A program made the position numbers and the translations under genes. A stretch of DNA of 64,000 nt from Macrostomum lignano (Eukaryota). The stretch spans positions 186,001 through 250,000 of the forward strand of contig NIVC01000292.1 of assembly GCA_002269645.1 (NCBI GenBank). The letters are read 5' to 3'. Of the stretch, positions 16,601-28,246 are shown piece after piece (position 1 is the stretch's first letter; each line of letters opens with the position of its first letter). The notes beneath the pieces were generated by a model. It searched no databases, had not been told where the DNA came from, and was given only the letters and a program-made list of their open reading frames with translations.

Positions 16601-18854
16601 CACATTCAGCGTGAAGCTGCAGCCGAACGCTCGCTTCAGAAACATCGAAGACCCAGCGCACACGATCTTGCCGCCGCACAGGAAGATCTTGCGGTCTGCC
16701 AGGATGTCCGCCTCGTCCATGAACTGCGTGCACAGGATGATGGAGCGGACGCTCTTCTCCTCCTGCAGCAGCTGCCACAGCTGCCGCCTCGACACCGGGT
16801 CCAGTCCGCTCGTTGGCTCGTCGAGGAACACAACGTCCGGGTCGCCCAGCAGAGCCAGGATCGTGCTCACCTTCCTCTTCTGACCGCCGCTCAGGTCGCA
16901 AGACAGCACATCCTCCTTGTCTCCCAGACCGAGTCTCTGCAGCATTCCGCGAGCTCTCTCCAGCTGGCTGGTGTCGCTGGCCGCCCTGCTGACCAGCGTG
17001 ACTCGGATGCACTCCATCACGGTGAGCGAGTCGCAGAGGGCGTCAAACTGCGGACACTTGCTGATCCGACCTCTGAGCGACAGACGGAGCAGCGGGCTCG
17101 TCACCAGACAGCCGCCGATGTGGGCCGTTCCCTCGTCTGGCAGCTCCTCGCCTGTAAGGACCTTGATGAGCGTCGACTTGCCAGCGCCGTTGTGTCCGAT
17201 GAGAGCCGTGATCTGGCCTCGGTAAATGGTGCCTACAACACAATTTGGGAGGCATGTTTACAGGTACAGATATTTTCAACTCGTTAATACTGAGCGACCA
17301 GCTTTGCTACTTACATGATAATTTGTTTAAAACAATCGGAGCTTCGGAGCAGCAAAGGCAGACGTTGCTGTAACTCTTGCTGAGCTCTTCAACAACAACA
17401 ACAGGGTTGAGCCGCATCACAGGCTCGATGTGCGGTTCGCTTTCAGTAGCTTTCTTTGTTCCCACACTTTCATCTCGCAGGTTTCGAGGAAACCAGAACT
17501 CGGCCGTGACTGGGTAGTAGGGCGCCAGGCAGAGTCCGTTGCCAGTCTTCAGAAGAAAGTCTAAGTACACCAGCAGCAGTATTTGAAGCAGAAGAGAAAC
17601 CAAATTGGCTGCCAGAATGTTGGAGAAGCGCAAAGCGTCGTCTTCTCCGATGCTCATTTCAGTCCAAAGCTGCTCAACGGCAGAGTTCATTCGCCCAGCA
17701 ACAAATTCCTTTGCGAACATTGGCGGGAAGAAATACAGCACGTAGGGCGCCTTTTTTGCCAAATAATCGCTGAATGAGAATGCCAAAACAAGGCCGACGT
17801 TAATTTTGATCGCCACGATAGACACAAGCAGCATTGACGGCAGCAGCATCTCCAGAAGCAGCAATAGGGCCGACAGGTTAAGGCTGAAAAGAGTTACAAA
17901 AAAATACATTTGAGCAATGGCTGCGGCTGAATAAAGCCCAGGACACTGCATAGCGTGGGACACCATGAATACTCCGGCGAACACGAGGCACTCGGTGAGC
18001 GTGAAGAGCCAGACAACAAGCCAGTAGGCAGACACGGACAGGCCGCATTGAAACTGCTGCTGCAGGAAGCCCTCAGATTTGAGAATGTGAACGCAGGAAA
18101 CGGTGGAGATGAGCAGGTAAAAAGTCACCCCAAAAGCTGCTAGTGAGACAGTAAAAGGTGTGCCATTTTCAGTGAGCCTGGACAGCTCGCCGCTATTGAT
18201 CCAGTCGGCGCAAACCGAGTTCGGTAGGGATAAATTTTTTCTTCTCTCCGAATTCTCGGCTTGTTGAGGCTTCACCGACTGTCCAAAGTTGTGCACTTCA
18301 AACAGCTGCACGTTTATCGCAGTTTCATTTCGCGGTCTCAAATGTGCTGACTGGACCATGGCCTGGTAGATAAAGGCGCACATGAGATGAGAATTCCCTT
18401 CGTTAAGACAGTCCAGGACGTGTCGCGACTTCTCCGATTTGCTTGAGTACCGCAGATGCGCAACGACTGAGGCATCGGACTGATGAATGAGCCTCTCTCT
18501 GCAGTCGGTCTCCGCTCGGCAGTCCTCGATCCAGCTGCCGTCGCCGCTGGCCAGGATAAGGCTCGACGTCTTTTCCTCGTCCGAACGATCCAACAGGACT
18601 TTCACCTGCGCTGCCGCGAACTCTCGGGTGCCATAGAACACAATTTGGCGTCCATCTCCTGCGGTACGAGTTCGAGGTCGCATGCTCATTTGCCAGGGCA
18701 GCACGTACAGGTTGGAAATCAGCAGCAGGACCGGAACAACAATGAAGACATTCCGCCATGCCTTCAGCTTCAGTAGGAGCAGAAGCAGAAATCCAAACTG
18801 ACGGATGCAGTTTGGAATGCTGGTCGATTGCTTGCACTCGACGCTCGGGGTCAT
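13621..18854 (-). CDS. Full-size ABCA-subfamily ABC transporter, about 1664 aa, 3 exons
   Basis: Exons 18854-17315 (T|GTAAGT), 17232-14112 (ttgtag| ... CG|GTGAGC) and 13954-13621 (ctgcag|), with matching phases. Architecture is TMD-NBD-TMD-NBD. NBD1 has GHNGAGKST, LSGGQKRK and VFLDEPTSG. NBD2 has GANGAGKST, LSAGSKRR, VIDEASTG and TTHSMEE, followed by the ABCA-type HGDAYTL segment. Confidence 0.95.
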
Positions 18855-20810
18855 GGACGAGCTGTACTATGTGCTCTGGTGGTTCGCGTTCCAGCTTTGT
18901 TTCTCGGTCCAGGCAATATGTAGTAACACACTGCTACTAATTGTCAGCGAATTTGGTTTGCTTGCCTTTCCTATTTACCCCATCCAAGGACTACTGAACA
19001 TAACAACTCAGGATGTTACACTCACGAATGGTGGAAATTCTAGAAAAGGCCGCTTGCTTCAGCTGTCTATGGCAATGAAGTCCCTTTTCAATAAAGCTGC
19101 GAACGCTTCATATATCGCCACCTAATTACATCCGGCATAAAATTTTTGCCCTCGTGTTTTATAAATATATATTTGTCGCTACTCAGTATAAAACTACGAG
19201 TATAAAGCAAACGTAGAAGGCTATAAAAAGTCGGAGCACACTCGTACGAGATATGCTGTTAAGTTTTTGTTCGAAAGAAACAGTTTTTTCGTTGAACCGC
19301 ATTGAGAATCAAATACATTGATACTACTGACACTCGCAAAAATCTCAGTGACAGTCGCCAGGAACTTGAAATTTACTGTGTTCCTTCACATCCAGACAGG
19401 TTTCAGTTTGTGAAGCCTCGAAGTTTCGGAGTCTCTGCGCGTTTCCTTTAGCCAGCCTCCGAGACACTCGACACAGCTGATCAGGATGCAGCTAAACATC
19501 CGAAACATTCTCGAAATGTTCTCAAACACAAGCGCGTAACTGTTAACACAGCGCTGCCCAGAGTCAAGAGGATGTGCACCAAGACTCAGTTGAAGACTCA
19601 GCTTCCCTCGAGACACTGGCATGGTGAACTCGCTACAAGCAGTCGAAGTATCCATACCAGGCAAGTTCGTTTCAATCGTTCGGTCGGCAGATTCTCTTTG
19701 TGGCGCAATGCAACCACAAATGTAGTAAAGAGAGGCTTTTTGCGCGATAGAAAGTCCAGCAACGGATGAAGGGTCGTTGGGTCGCGCATGGCTGCTGATT
19801 CGTTTTATCGGATGAGTCAGAAGGGAGCGAGGAGAGCCTGGAGAGATCAGGGCGAGTCAGGATTGAGCAGGGAGCAAGGGGAGTTAGGATGAATGAGTTA
19901 AGAGGGAGCAGTGTGAGAGTCAGAGGGAGCAAGGTAAATAATTTATAAACCTGTTAAGTGCTTTTAGAACAGGGAAGATGAAGGCTGAAAGTATACTGCC
20001 TTCATTCTGTCACCATTGCGACTCCAGACCGCTACGGTGTCACAAGACAAGTCGTATTCCAAAAATTCATGTAATAGGCATGTAAGTAGTAACTTTAGTA
20101 AAAAATTGCTTGTATTTAGTTAGTTAGGGCTAGAGATTTACTTTGAGAATTCGTATGTGTATGTTAAGTATAAGATATAACCAACTCATCTTACTTTTCA
20201 GGTTTCAGGATCAAGTAAGCAGTCTATAATAACTTGCTCAGCATGCATTCCAGATGCTATTTTAGAAACCTACGCCATTACGCTATCGCACTTTACTCTA
20301 TGGTATAGTGTGTCTACTTCAGCAGTCTTGCAGCTTTCATTTGATATTGAATTATTTATTTCATTATCCGACGCTTGCCGTGTGAGTCCGACGGAATGGT
20401 TCAACTGCAGCTTCTCCTGATGTTTCTCATTCTCTCAGACAGTTTTGGTGAGTCCAAGAAATTGCCAGTCATTTATGATAGAAATTGCAAAACATGATTG
20501 ATTAAATGAGGTATACAAGTTGTCACCAGATTCCAACGCGAGTTAAGAGTTTTGTTGCTGAAGAGGATCATGTGAACTTATGCTCATGCATCATGCTGCA
20601 ATATGTCAAAAAACTAAAGATTAAAGCCAGCTTGCACCTGTGCACCAACTACATTATAGTTTCGGAGGCCGCCGTCACGGACAAGACCATGTACTGCGCT
20701 CCGCTGGGCACTTCGTGCGACGACTTTTACGTTCGCTGCTGCGTGGGCCAGTGCAAATTCGCTTTTGTGTTTGACAATAAGCCAGTTTACATTTGCTCGA
20801 GACAAGACTA

Positions 20811-20835
20811 ACCCTAACCCTAACCCTAATCCTAA
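20811..20835. repeat. Short interstitial telomere-like (CCCTAA)n, about 4 units
   Basis: Sequence accctaaccctaaccctaatcctaa. Confidence 0.7.
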
Positions 20836-21697
20836 TTAGTTTGTTAACCGAACAAAAGTTACACCATGAAATTATTATTCAATTATAGCATTGAAGTTTC
20901 AAGATCAGTGCAACAAGGCGTATCTTTTTGTTTATTTCACGAATCGTTCCAGGCATGTAGCAGACGGTAGGTAAGCAAAAAGCATGATGATATTTACATA
21001 AAAGAACAGCTGGAATCCAGCTGTTCTGTGGCCGACTTTAGCGCCAGAAATCAGTTGCGTTGGACGACTCGAGCGGAACTCGCAACTTGTACAAATTTAA
21101 AATGTCACAGCTGTAGTAGGAAAATGGTACAGTTTGGCGCACGTCGCTGCGAGGGAGAGCCAATCAGCAATGAGGAGGCCCGGAGGCGGGGCGGGGCAGG
21201 CCGGAGGAAGGGGTGGGGCAAGCCTAGAGTGGGGGTCGGGCAAGCCAGAGGTGGGGAGCAGGCCAGATGAGGGGTCGGGTAGCTGAGTGTCTGGCTGAGT
21301 GTCCAAGGGTGAGTATCGAGATGCGAGTGAGTGTCCATTGGTGAGTGTCCTCTACCGTGTGTGGTGACACGCAAGACAGAGTTTCAGTGTGATCGGTCAA
21401 CGGGTAGAGGGTCCGATTGCTTGGAATTTCCGAGTAGAGTGGGGAAGAGATTCTATTGGTCGAGAAAGCATTTGAAGTGAAGTGATTGAAGTAAAGTAGC
21501 TCGTACTCATTTTTAGAAAAGTGGGTTTGCCTTTTTGCCCAGCAAGCGATGTCGACTTACTTTGGGAATGTTGCACAGGAGCACTTGAAATTGGAATTCA
21601 TTCATTTGGAATTCAGCAGTGCAGAGAGTGAGATGTTGGGAATATACAAAAACTAAAGGCTAATTGCATTTTGCATCGGCAGCGAGGTAAGTCTCAA

Positions 21698-22758
21698 CTA
21701 CCCAGGCACTGTGCCGGCCTCACCGGAGCTCTCCGAAGCCGCAGTCGCCGCGGACCTGCCGTCTGCTGGCTCGTCGGCATCATAGCGCCGCCGCCTGCGC
21801 TGCTCCCTCCAGCCGGCGCAGGTGATGAACTCGCGAAACTTGGGCATGAAGATGAGGTAGAGCAGCGGATTGACGGCGCTGTTGAGGCTGAGCAGGAATG
21901 AGTCCACGCTGTCGAGGGCGCCTCGCCTCTCAATCGGCACTCCAACGGTGAAGAGCAGGAAGCTGATCGAGTCCGTGGCGAACAGGAGGACAAAGGCGCC
22001 GCTGGTGACGCAGGTCATGAGGGTCAGTCGTTTGGTTGGGCCGTCCATTCTGCTGCCGCGGCTGCACATCTCGGCCTGCGTCTTGCTGGAACGCAGGAAC
22101 GTTCGCAGGATCACCAAGTACATGCTGATGGACAGGACTGTTGGCAAAATCCAAAACAGAATCACGTAGCTGATTCCAAAGGCGATCGCCATCTGCTGGT
22201 TTTCTCGGCTAAACTCGCAATGCTTCCACACGCCAGGTTCGGCGGTTGTATTCACTGATGTGCTGTTGCTAAGCAACGGCGAATCGTCCGGTGTCTTCAC
22301 CAGTATCATCGCCAGGAAGCAGAAGGGCACCTGCACAAAGAATGGGGCTGCCAGCACGGCCGCAATGAAGCAGCCCGCAAGCAGGCACTGGTGACTCTTG
22401 TACCAGCTGTGCGCGGAGAGACAGCAGCAGCGCTCAACGGCCAGGCATGCGAGGTTGTAGACACTCATGCACACCAGAGCCCAGTGGAAAATCTCGCTGT
22501 AGGCCAGCTTGCAGTAGGCCTCCCAAATCGAGTCGGGAAGAGACTGCGATGGCAGCGGGAAGAACTCAAAGTACTGAAGGTTAAGAAGATTGAGCAGCAT
22601 CTGGAGCGAGTCGATGACCGCTTGACTGCGAGCAGATGCGAGCAAAGCGGCTTGCCAATCTTGTGCCGGACGCCGAACACCAGAAATGTGATGTTGAGCA
22701 CCAGAGCCGGCACCAGCAGGACGCTGAGAACCACTCGGAGAACGGATGTGGCATCCAT
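21698..22758 (-). pseudogene. Intronless class A (rhodopsin-like) GPCR broken by a 1-nt frameshift near 22630 (pseudogene or assembly error)
   Basis: Frame A (ATG 22758) encodes MDATSVLRVVLSVLLVPALVLNITFLVFGVRHKIGKPLCSHLL. Frame B continues SQAVIDSL (TM2), LAVERC (DRY-like), FWILP (TM5) and NSAVNPLLY (NPxxY). Inserting one base after CTG CTC joins them into a roughly 353-aa 7-TM protein. Confidence 0.8.
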
Positions 22759-23589
22759 CTTTAGAGCGCGCGTTCGTCTACTTAGAAAGCGTATAACGAG
22801 TGCCAAATATTGATGTTGCCAAATATTTACAGTTATTGATGACTAATTCTTGTCGCCATGAAGGTAGACAGTTTACCTACTAACTAATTTCAAGAGTGAG
22901 GATGCTGTCTTTTGAAAATTGTTTTTCTTAATACTCGATGCACGGTGGTATGTTTTACTTTGAGTCCGTCTAGCAAGCAGAGACTAAATATATGCGGTGC
23001 AGAACGGTTTCTAACCGTGCTCACCGCACAGAAGATGTGCAGTGCAGCCTTTCAAGAACAATTTACTCAGCTCAAATAAATATTCGCTGCGTGCGTCTTG
23101 CCCCGTCCCGTTGAAACACAGAAGCGAAGTTTCTCTTGCCTCGCGTATACGTTGGAGCATTGCGGTGCACAATGGCTACTATTGAGCTAGACGAGCTAGC
23201 TGACAGAAGCTACATGCCTGACACTACTAGCAGTAGCATTATTTGTAGCAGACATCAAATTTCCACACTACTGTGAGGACCACTAGAAGAAGTGGAACGG
23301 GACTTGTCGCTTCTTGGAATCCGTTAAAAGTTTCAAGTTTCCAAAGAAAAATGCAAACTAAGAAGAGTTTATTTCTGCTTCAAAGGCTCGTTCTCATCGC
23401 CATAAAATTGGCCTTATTAGACGGCGATGTGAACGAGTAAAACTTTGCCTCCACTGACAACCCGACAAAGAACACATGACAAGGGACAAGGAACATATTA
23501 AGCTCTAGTATCAAAACAATAACATTGAATCGTTTCTTTGTATTGTCTCTAATACTGTCACACAGAGATGAACTCTTGTTTATCTAACT

Positions 23590-24160
23590 CGGGGATCTGC
23601 TTCCCGGCGTCCGCAAGGATCTGTGGCGTCGCCGCGGGCTTGCCTGGGCTGTCTGTCGTTCTTTGGGGGAAGTCCTGCAGTCCAAGGCCTGTCCTGTACC
23701 TGACTGCCAGTGGGCAGCGTTGTTCCAGGTGGTGGTCGAGACCGTCCTGCTGTACAACGCTGAAACCTAGAGGCTGACGGATGCACTCGAGCAACACTTA
23801 GACGGGCCTTGGCGTTCCTGCTGCTCGCTGCCATCAAGATCGGCGATGAGGGAGTCACCAAATGCGGCACTGTATCGCCACCCCGGTCTGGTCCGCCCAA
23901 GCGACCTGATGTGCCATCGGCGACTCCAGCTGGCGCCTCCATCCACGCCACTACAGGCACCCTACTGGCTGGGATGTCGTCGACTTCCTGCTGGCTGACA
24001 CCGGCGCCCCGGATTCGGTCGGCGGCGTGGTCATCGTTCGCCACCTATCCCAGAGGCGCGCCCTGCGAGGCTGCCTTCTAATGACCCTGACAGTGTATTT
24101 TTACCTTCTATTTGGTTTTTGTTACTGTTGTTGTTGTTGTTTTTGTTGTTGTCTCTAGTT
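23590..24160 (+). mobile_element. 5'-truncated, degenerate RTE-like LINE (end of the RT ORF plus GTT-rich tail)
   Basis: Translation RRRGLAWAVCRSLGEVLQSKA...LFQVVVETVLLYNAET*RLTDALEQHLD resembles the LLYxxETW motif of RTE-clade RT C-termini. It contains an in-frame stop and ends in (gtt)n. Confidence 0.7.
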
Positions 24161-24199
24161 GTCTCATTGGCTTGTTGTTAAGCTTTGTTATTCTTTACG

Positions 24200-24660
24200 A
24201 GTACAAGCGATGTCAGCTATTCGTTTACCTCGTCGGTCTGGTTCCTGACGTTCGCGAGGCTTGCCTATAGTTTTGTGAGGGTGGGTCCTGCAGTCCGAGT
24301 ACCACCAGTCCTTCGAGGATGATACTGTAGTGTCGTTGACCCAGTTGGTGGTCGAGGCCGTACTACTTGAACGCTGACGAACGAGCTTAGTCCAACGACC
24401 TTACTTACGCTTTCGCTGCGATACTTACGTTTTTGTGAGTTGTCCTTTTCTCAAAGATGCCCTTAAGATCAGCAACGACGGAATCTTATTGTCCTGACGC
24501 CGTATGCACCATACAAAGACCACTAGTGGTCCTTACACCCCACCGTCGAGGACTGGCGCACATTCAGCAGGATTTGGTCGGCGACGCTGCCTACGAGTAT
24601 GTTCGCGTTTGCGCTCAAGCCTGAGGCGCGGTCTGCACCGCTGCTCTCATTTACCTTAGG
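24200..24660 (+). mobile_element. Second, more decayed RTE-like LINE fragment
   Basis: Segments ctgcagtccgag and gtggtcgaggccgtactacttgaacgctga align by eye to the copy at about 23670-23765. Confidence 0.5.
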
Positions 24661-24745
24661 ACCTGCGTGACAGACAACGTATCTTGTTGCTGTTCATTAA
24701 TAAAATCAGTTAACCAAGCAGTTAGGAATACTTCGTAGGGAGCAC

Positions 24746-25350
24746 GAGAAATGCCCGCAGACGAATTGCCCGCCGAGATTTGCCCGCAGGAGATTTGCCC
24801 GTGGAGATTTGCCCGTGGAGATTTGCCCGCCGAGCTTTTCCCGCGGAGATTTGCCCGCAGTGCATTTTGCCCGTGAGCGAATTGCCCGTGGAGATTTGCC
24901 CGCCGAGAATTGCCCGCCGAGATTTGCCCGCAGTGCAATTTTCCCGCGAGTGAATTGCCCGCGAGCGAATTGCCCGCCGAGTTTTTTCCCGCCGAGGTTT
25001 GCCCGCAATCCTTTTTTTGCAGCGCATTTGGCAGCTAGATTCTGTCCATACATTGCTCCCCCAAAATATGCATTTGATATGCAGTTACTATCAAAACGTT
25101 TTGATCGTGTAAATCTCTTTATTAAGATTAACACGTACTAAGCATTGGGAAGGCAATGCAGACAAAATCTGCCGCGTGGCCAAATGCGCTGCAGGAAAAA
25201 GGATTGCGGGCAAATCTCGGCGGGAAAAAACTCGGCGGGCAATTCGCTCGCGGGCAATTCACTCGCGGGAAAATTGCACTGCGGGCAAATCTCGGCGGGC
25301 AATTCTCGGCGGGCAAATCTCGGCGGGCAATTCGTCTGCGGGCAATTCTC
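24746..25350. mobile_element. Foldback/MITE-like element with long inverted arms built from about 14-bp subrepeats
   Basis: The left arm (about 24746-25048, gagaaatgcccgcagacgaattgcccgccgaga...) is the reverse complement of the right arm (about 25160-25350, ...tctcggcgggcaattcgtctgcgggcaattctc). A roughly 110-bp spacer separates them. No clear TSD was found. Confidence 0.8.
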
Positions 25351-25633
25351 ATGGACCCGGAAGTAACTGTCATCTGCTAGTAGGAAGGACATCAATATCC
25401 TTAGTGACGTTTAGTTAGAAAGAATACGATAGAAACATTTAAACAACTGAATTAAGAAAAAGGGCAAAATAAAAAACGACTTTCAAGTGCCACCTGAACA
25501 GGAAACCCCATTTATGTGAAGCCTAAAATTGTTTGGCGAATTTTCCGGAAAACATCGCTCCCATTTAATGGGAAGCATACGAGCTAAAATTTTGAGTGGC
25601 TTGAGAATTTTGCAGTATTCCAGTGCAGAGCTC

Positions 25634-25849
25634 CCATAAATGGGAAGCATGTAGGGCCGGCGAATCCTGCAGTATTCCTGTGCAGAGCTCCCATAAATGT
25701 GAATCCTTTAGGTAATTTTGACTTCACTACAGAGCCTCGGCCAGGACACAATGCAGCAGAAGAGCTCTTATCTTATGTGAGAGCGCGCGCACAAAACGTA
25801 GCGTTATCGTGGGGGCCGCCTGGTCTATAAATACAACAGGGCTGCGCGC
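25634..25849 (+). promoter_or_regulatory. Promoter of the metallothionein-like gene: TATA box, two MRE-like motifs, one CArG box
   Basis: TATAAATA at 25826-25833. TGCGCGC (matches TGCRCNC) at 25843-25849 on + and 25785-25791 on -. CCATAAATGG (CC-W6-GG) at 25634-25643. Confidence 0.6.
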
Positions 25850-25937
25850 TGCCTCTGAGCCAAGGACAGCAAAGCAGATACTCCTGTTTTCCTCTACTTC
25901 CAAGTGATTGCTCTACGCCACCCGACTGTCAATAGCT

Positions 25938-26255
25938 ATGGAGAAGCCTACCTGCATCAATTGCAAGCGCGATTGCGAGGCCTGCGAGTGCGAGACTTGC
26001 ATCTGCGAGAAATGCGAGTGCGACACCTGCGAGTGCGACTATTGCGAGTGCGACAACTGCGAGTGCGAGACCTGCGACTGCACGGACGGTACCTGCAAGT
26101 GCGGCCAAAGCAAGTGCAGCAATGCCACCTGCAAGAATGCCACGTGCAAGATCAACGACCGTAGGACCTGCGTGTGCAAGACCTGCGTGTGCAAGACCTG
26201 CGTGTGCAAGACCTGCAAGTGCGAGACCTGCGTGTGCTGCAAGACATGCAAGTGA
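25938..26255 (+). CDS. Metallothionein-like Cys-rich protein, 105 aa, 34 Cys, intronless
   Basis: MEKPTCINCKRDCEACECETCICEKCECDTCECDYCECDNCECETCDCTDGTCKCGQSKCSNATCKNATCKINDRRTCVCKTCVCKTCVCKTCKCETCVCCKTCK*. It has 13 CxC motifs, one CC, no His, one aromatic residue and no signal peptide. A TATA box lies about 110 bp upstream. Confidence 0.8.
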   Translation: MEKPTCINCKRDCEACECETCICEKCECDTCECDYCECDNCECETCDCTDGTCKCGQSKCSNATCKNATCKINDRRTCVCKTCVCKTCVCKTCKCETCVCCKTCK

Positions 26256-27792
26256 AGAAACTGGACCGAGAGACCACATGCTACCAGACTTCAGCCTTCC
26301 CGTGACTTGAAACGCTAGGGATCCCCAAATTACTTTAAATATGTATTCCGAGATTTACCTATATAAAAGGACTACAAAGTTATCATATTGTTTTTTTTAT
26401 TCGAGCCTGTTAATAACTCGTCAATACTTCAATAATTTTGACAGATTAAGAACAAATTGATTAAAGACAACAAATAAACTACCAAAAGTAATTATATTAA
26501 AGGGTCTACCTACTGCAAACATACACAGGTCTCATCTTATTAGCTTAATTGATATCGTTTGAAGCTTATGCCCATTTACACATTCAACATCGGCTTACAT
26601 GTACATTATACTCACGTAAATGTGCTCACGATGATGTCGCTAGAGTAATGAATTGAAGGCGACGAGATCTTCGGCGAGGCGGCACCCAACTAATAGTCGT
26701 AGAAGCCGCGGATATTAGAATATATACATTTAGAAGGTTTGCGAAACACTAAGGACCTTACCTTCGTTCCTTCATTTTTGTTCTGGGAAGATAGAAGTCG
26801 GTTAATTTTGGCTTGTTCTGGCTTCTGCTGAATAAACGCTCGCTTTTTACTACTTGCGCAGTCAATAGCGACGTTAATTATATATTTTCCTAAATTTCCA
26901 ATAATCTAAAAAACCAAGTTTTGGGGTTCGTTCTTTCTTCTATAAAGCTCTGCTGCTTCCTAAATGACTAGCTGAACGACCTTCTGCGCCGTGATCGGTG
27001 GTTCGAGACTTCGAGTTGGCAGCGAATTTTCCGCGCTGAGCCATACCACCCACAGCCCGATGTATAACATGCTGTTGCTAATGCTGCAGCTACTCTTCCA
27101 ACGAGGACAGACAGAGGGTTACACCTGCCTCCCGGGCTCTGTCTCACTATGACGCATGACGGCGATGTGACCTATAATAGATACTTTCTCATCCAGGCCT
27201 GGTGTCATGCCACTCTGATTTTCAGAATAATTGTTGAGTATCAACTTACTTGGTTTCGATTTTTCACGATTGGATACTCCAAATATCTAATTAACGTCTG
27301 ACTCATCAATCCTCCCGTTTGACCCATTGGACTAAATTTTAAAGTTATGCATAGAGAAATTAGGTGGTTGAAGAACTACAGAACGTTCCAATTGACAAAG
27401 TTTTTCGTCGAAAAATCGAATTTTCATAATCAAAATTTTAAACTCAACTAAAGCAAGCATCCAGATCTTCAATGGTGCGAGTTTTAGTCAATTTCAGTTT
27501 TCGCGTCTAGTTATAACAAAAACACAATTAGGCACGTGTTCAAATTCGCAACCATACAACATTTTTTATAACTTAATGATAAATTCTAATACATCATGCT
27601 TATGTTGATTATTATAAAAATGATATTAAAAAAGCTCACTTACTATCATACCATATCATACCATCGTTTTAGGGGCTGCTCTGGACCTGTATTGTATTTT
27701 TTTGTGTTGGTAAATTAGTGTAATATTAAATTAGTGTAGCCTAACTTTAATCCACTAAATTTTGGACAATTGCCATAGTGTGGATCATGCTA

Positions 27793-28246
27793 AGTGCACG
27801 CGAGAAACGACCCAAAGCTAATTCCCAAAAGCACGCCGACGACAAGCGAATGCACGCCGATAAATTAAAATTCAAATTGAAGACAAAAAACGTATTTTAA
27901 ATTGCATTGTGTAAAACAAAGCAACAAACGATGTACAAAAGAAATGATATATCTTTAAAAACGTGTATTTCTAATACATTAATTTATTTAACAGTCTTAT
28001 ACACTGTTTATTTACAATAGTTTTTTTCAAAAGTTAAATACAATAATACGTATTTTATGTCTGCTTACCATTGCATCGGCAGCTTTGCCACATCAGGTGC
28101 CAGGCACGCGGCACGCGGCGCATGCCAGGCACGCCAGTGTATTTATGTAGTGTGCATTATACACGCCAAATGCACGACACTTACCTAATCGCACGCCGGT
28201 GCACGCCACTTTTGAAAATGCACGCGGGAAAATTCTCGCGTGCACT
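27793..28246. mobile_element. Putative MITE, about 454 bp, 14-bp terminal inverted repeats
   Basis: Left end agtgcacgcgagaa (27793-27806) and right end ttctcgcgtgcact (28233-28246) form a perfect inverted repeat. Internal gcacgc subrepeats are present. The TSD is unclear. Confidence 0.55.

Noticed and set aside
14207-17225. Several plus-strand and alternative-frame ORFs overlapping the ABCA gene
   Set aside because: Shadow ORFs caused by GC-rich codon bias; no recognisable motifs.
24651-25418. Multiple short Arg/Gly-rich ORFs
   Set aside because: Translations of the foldback element's subrepeats.
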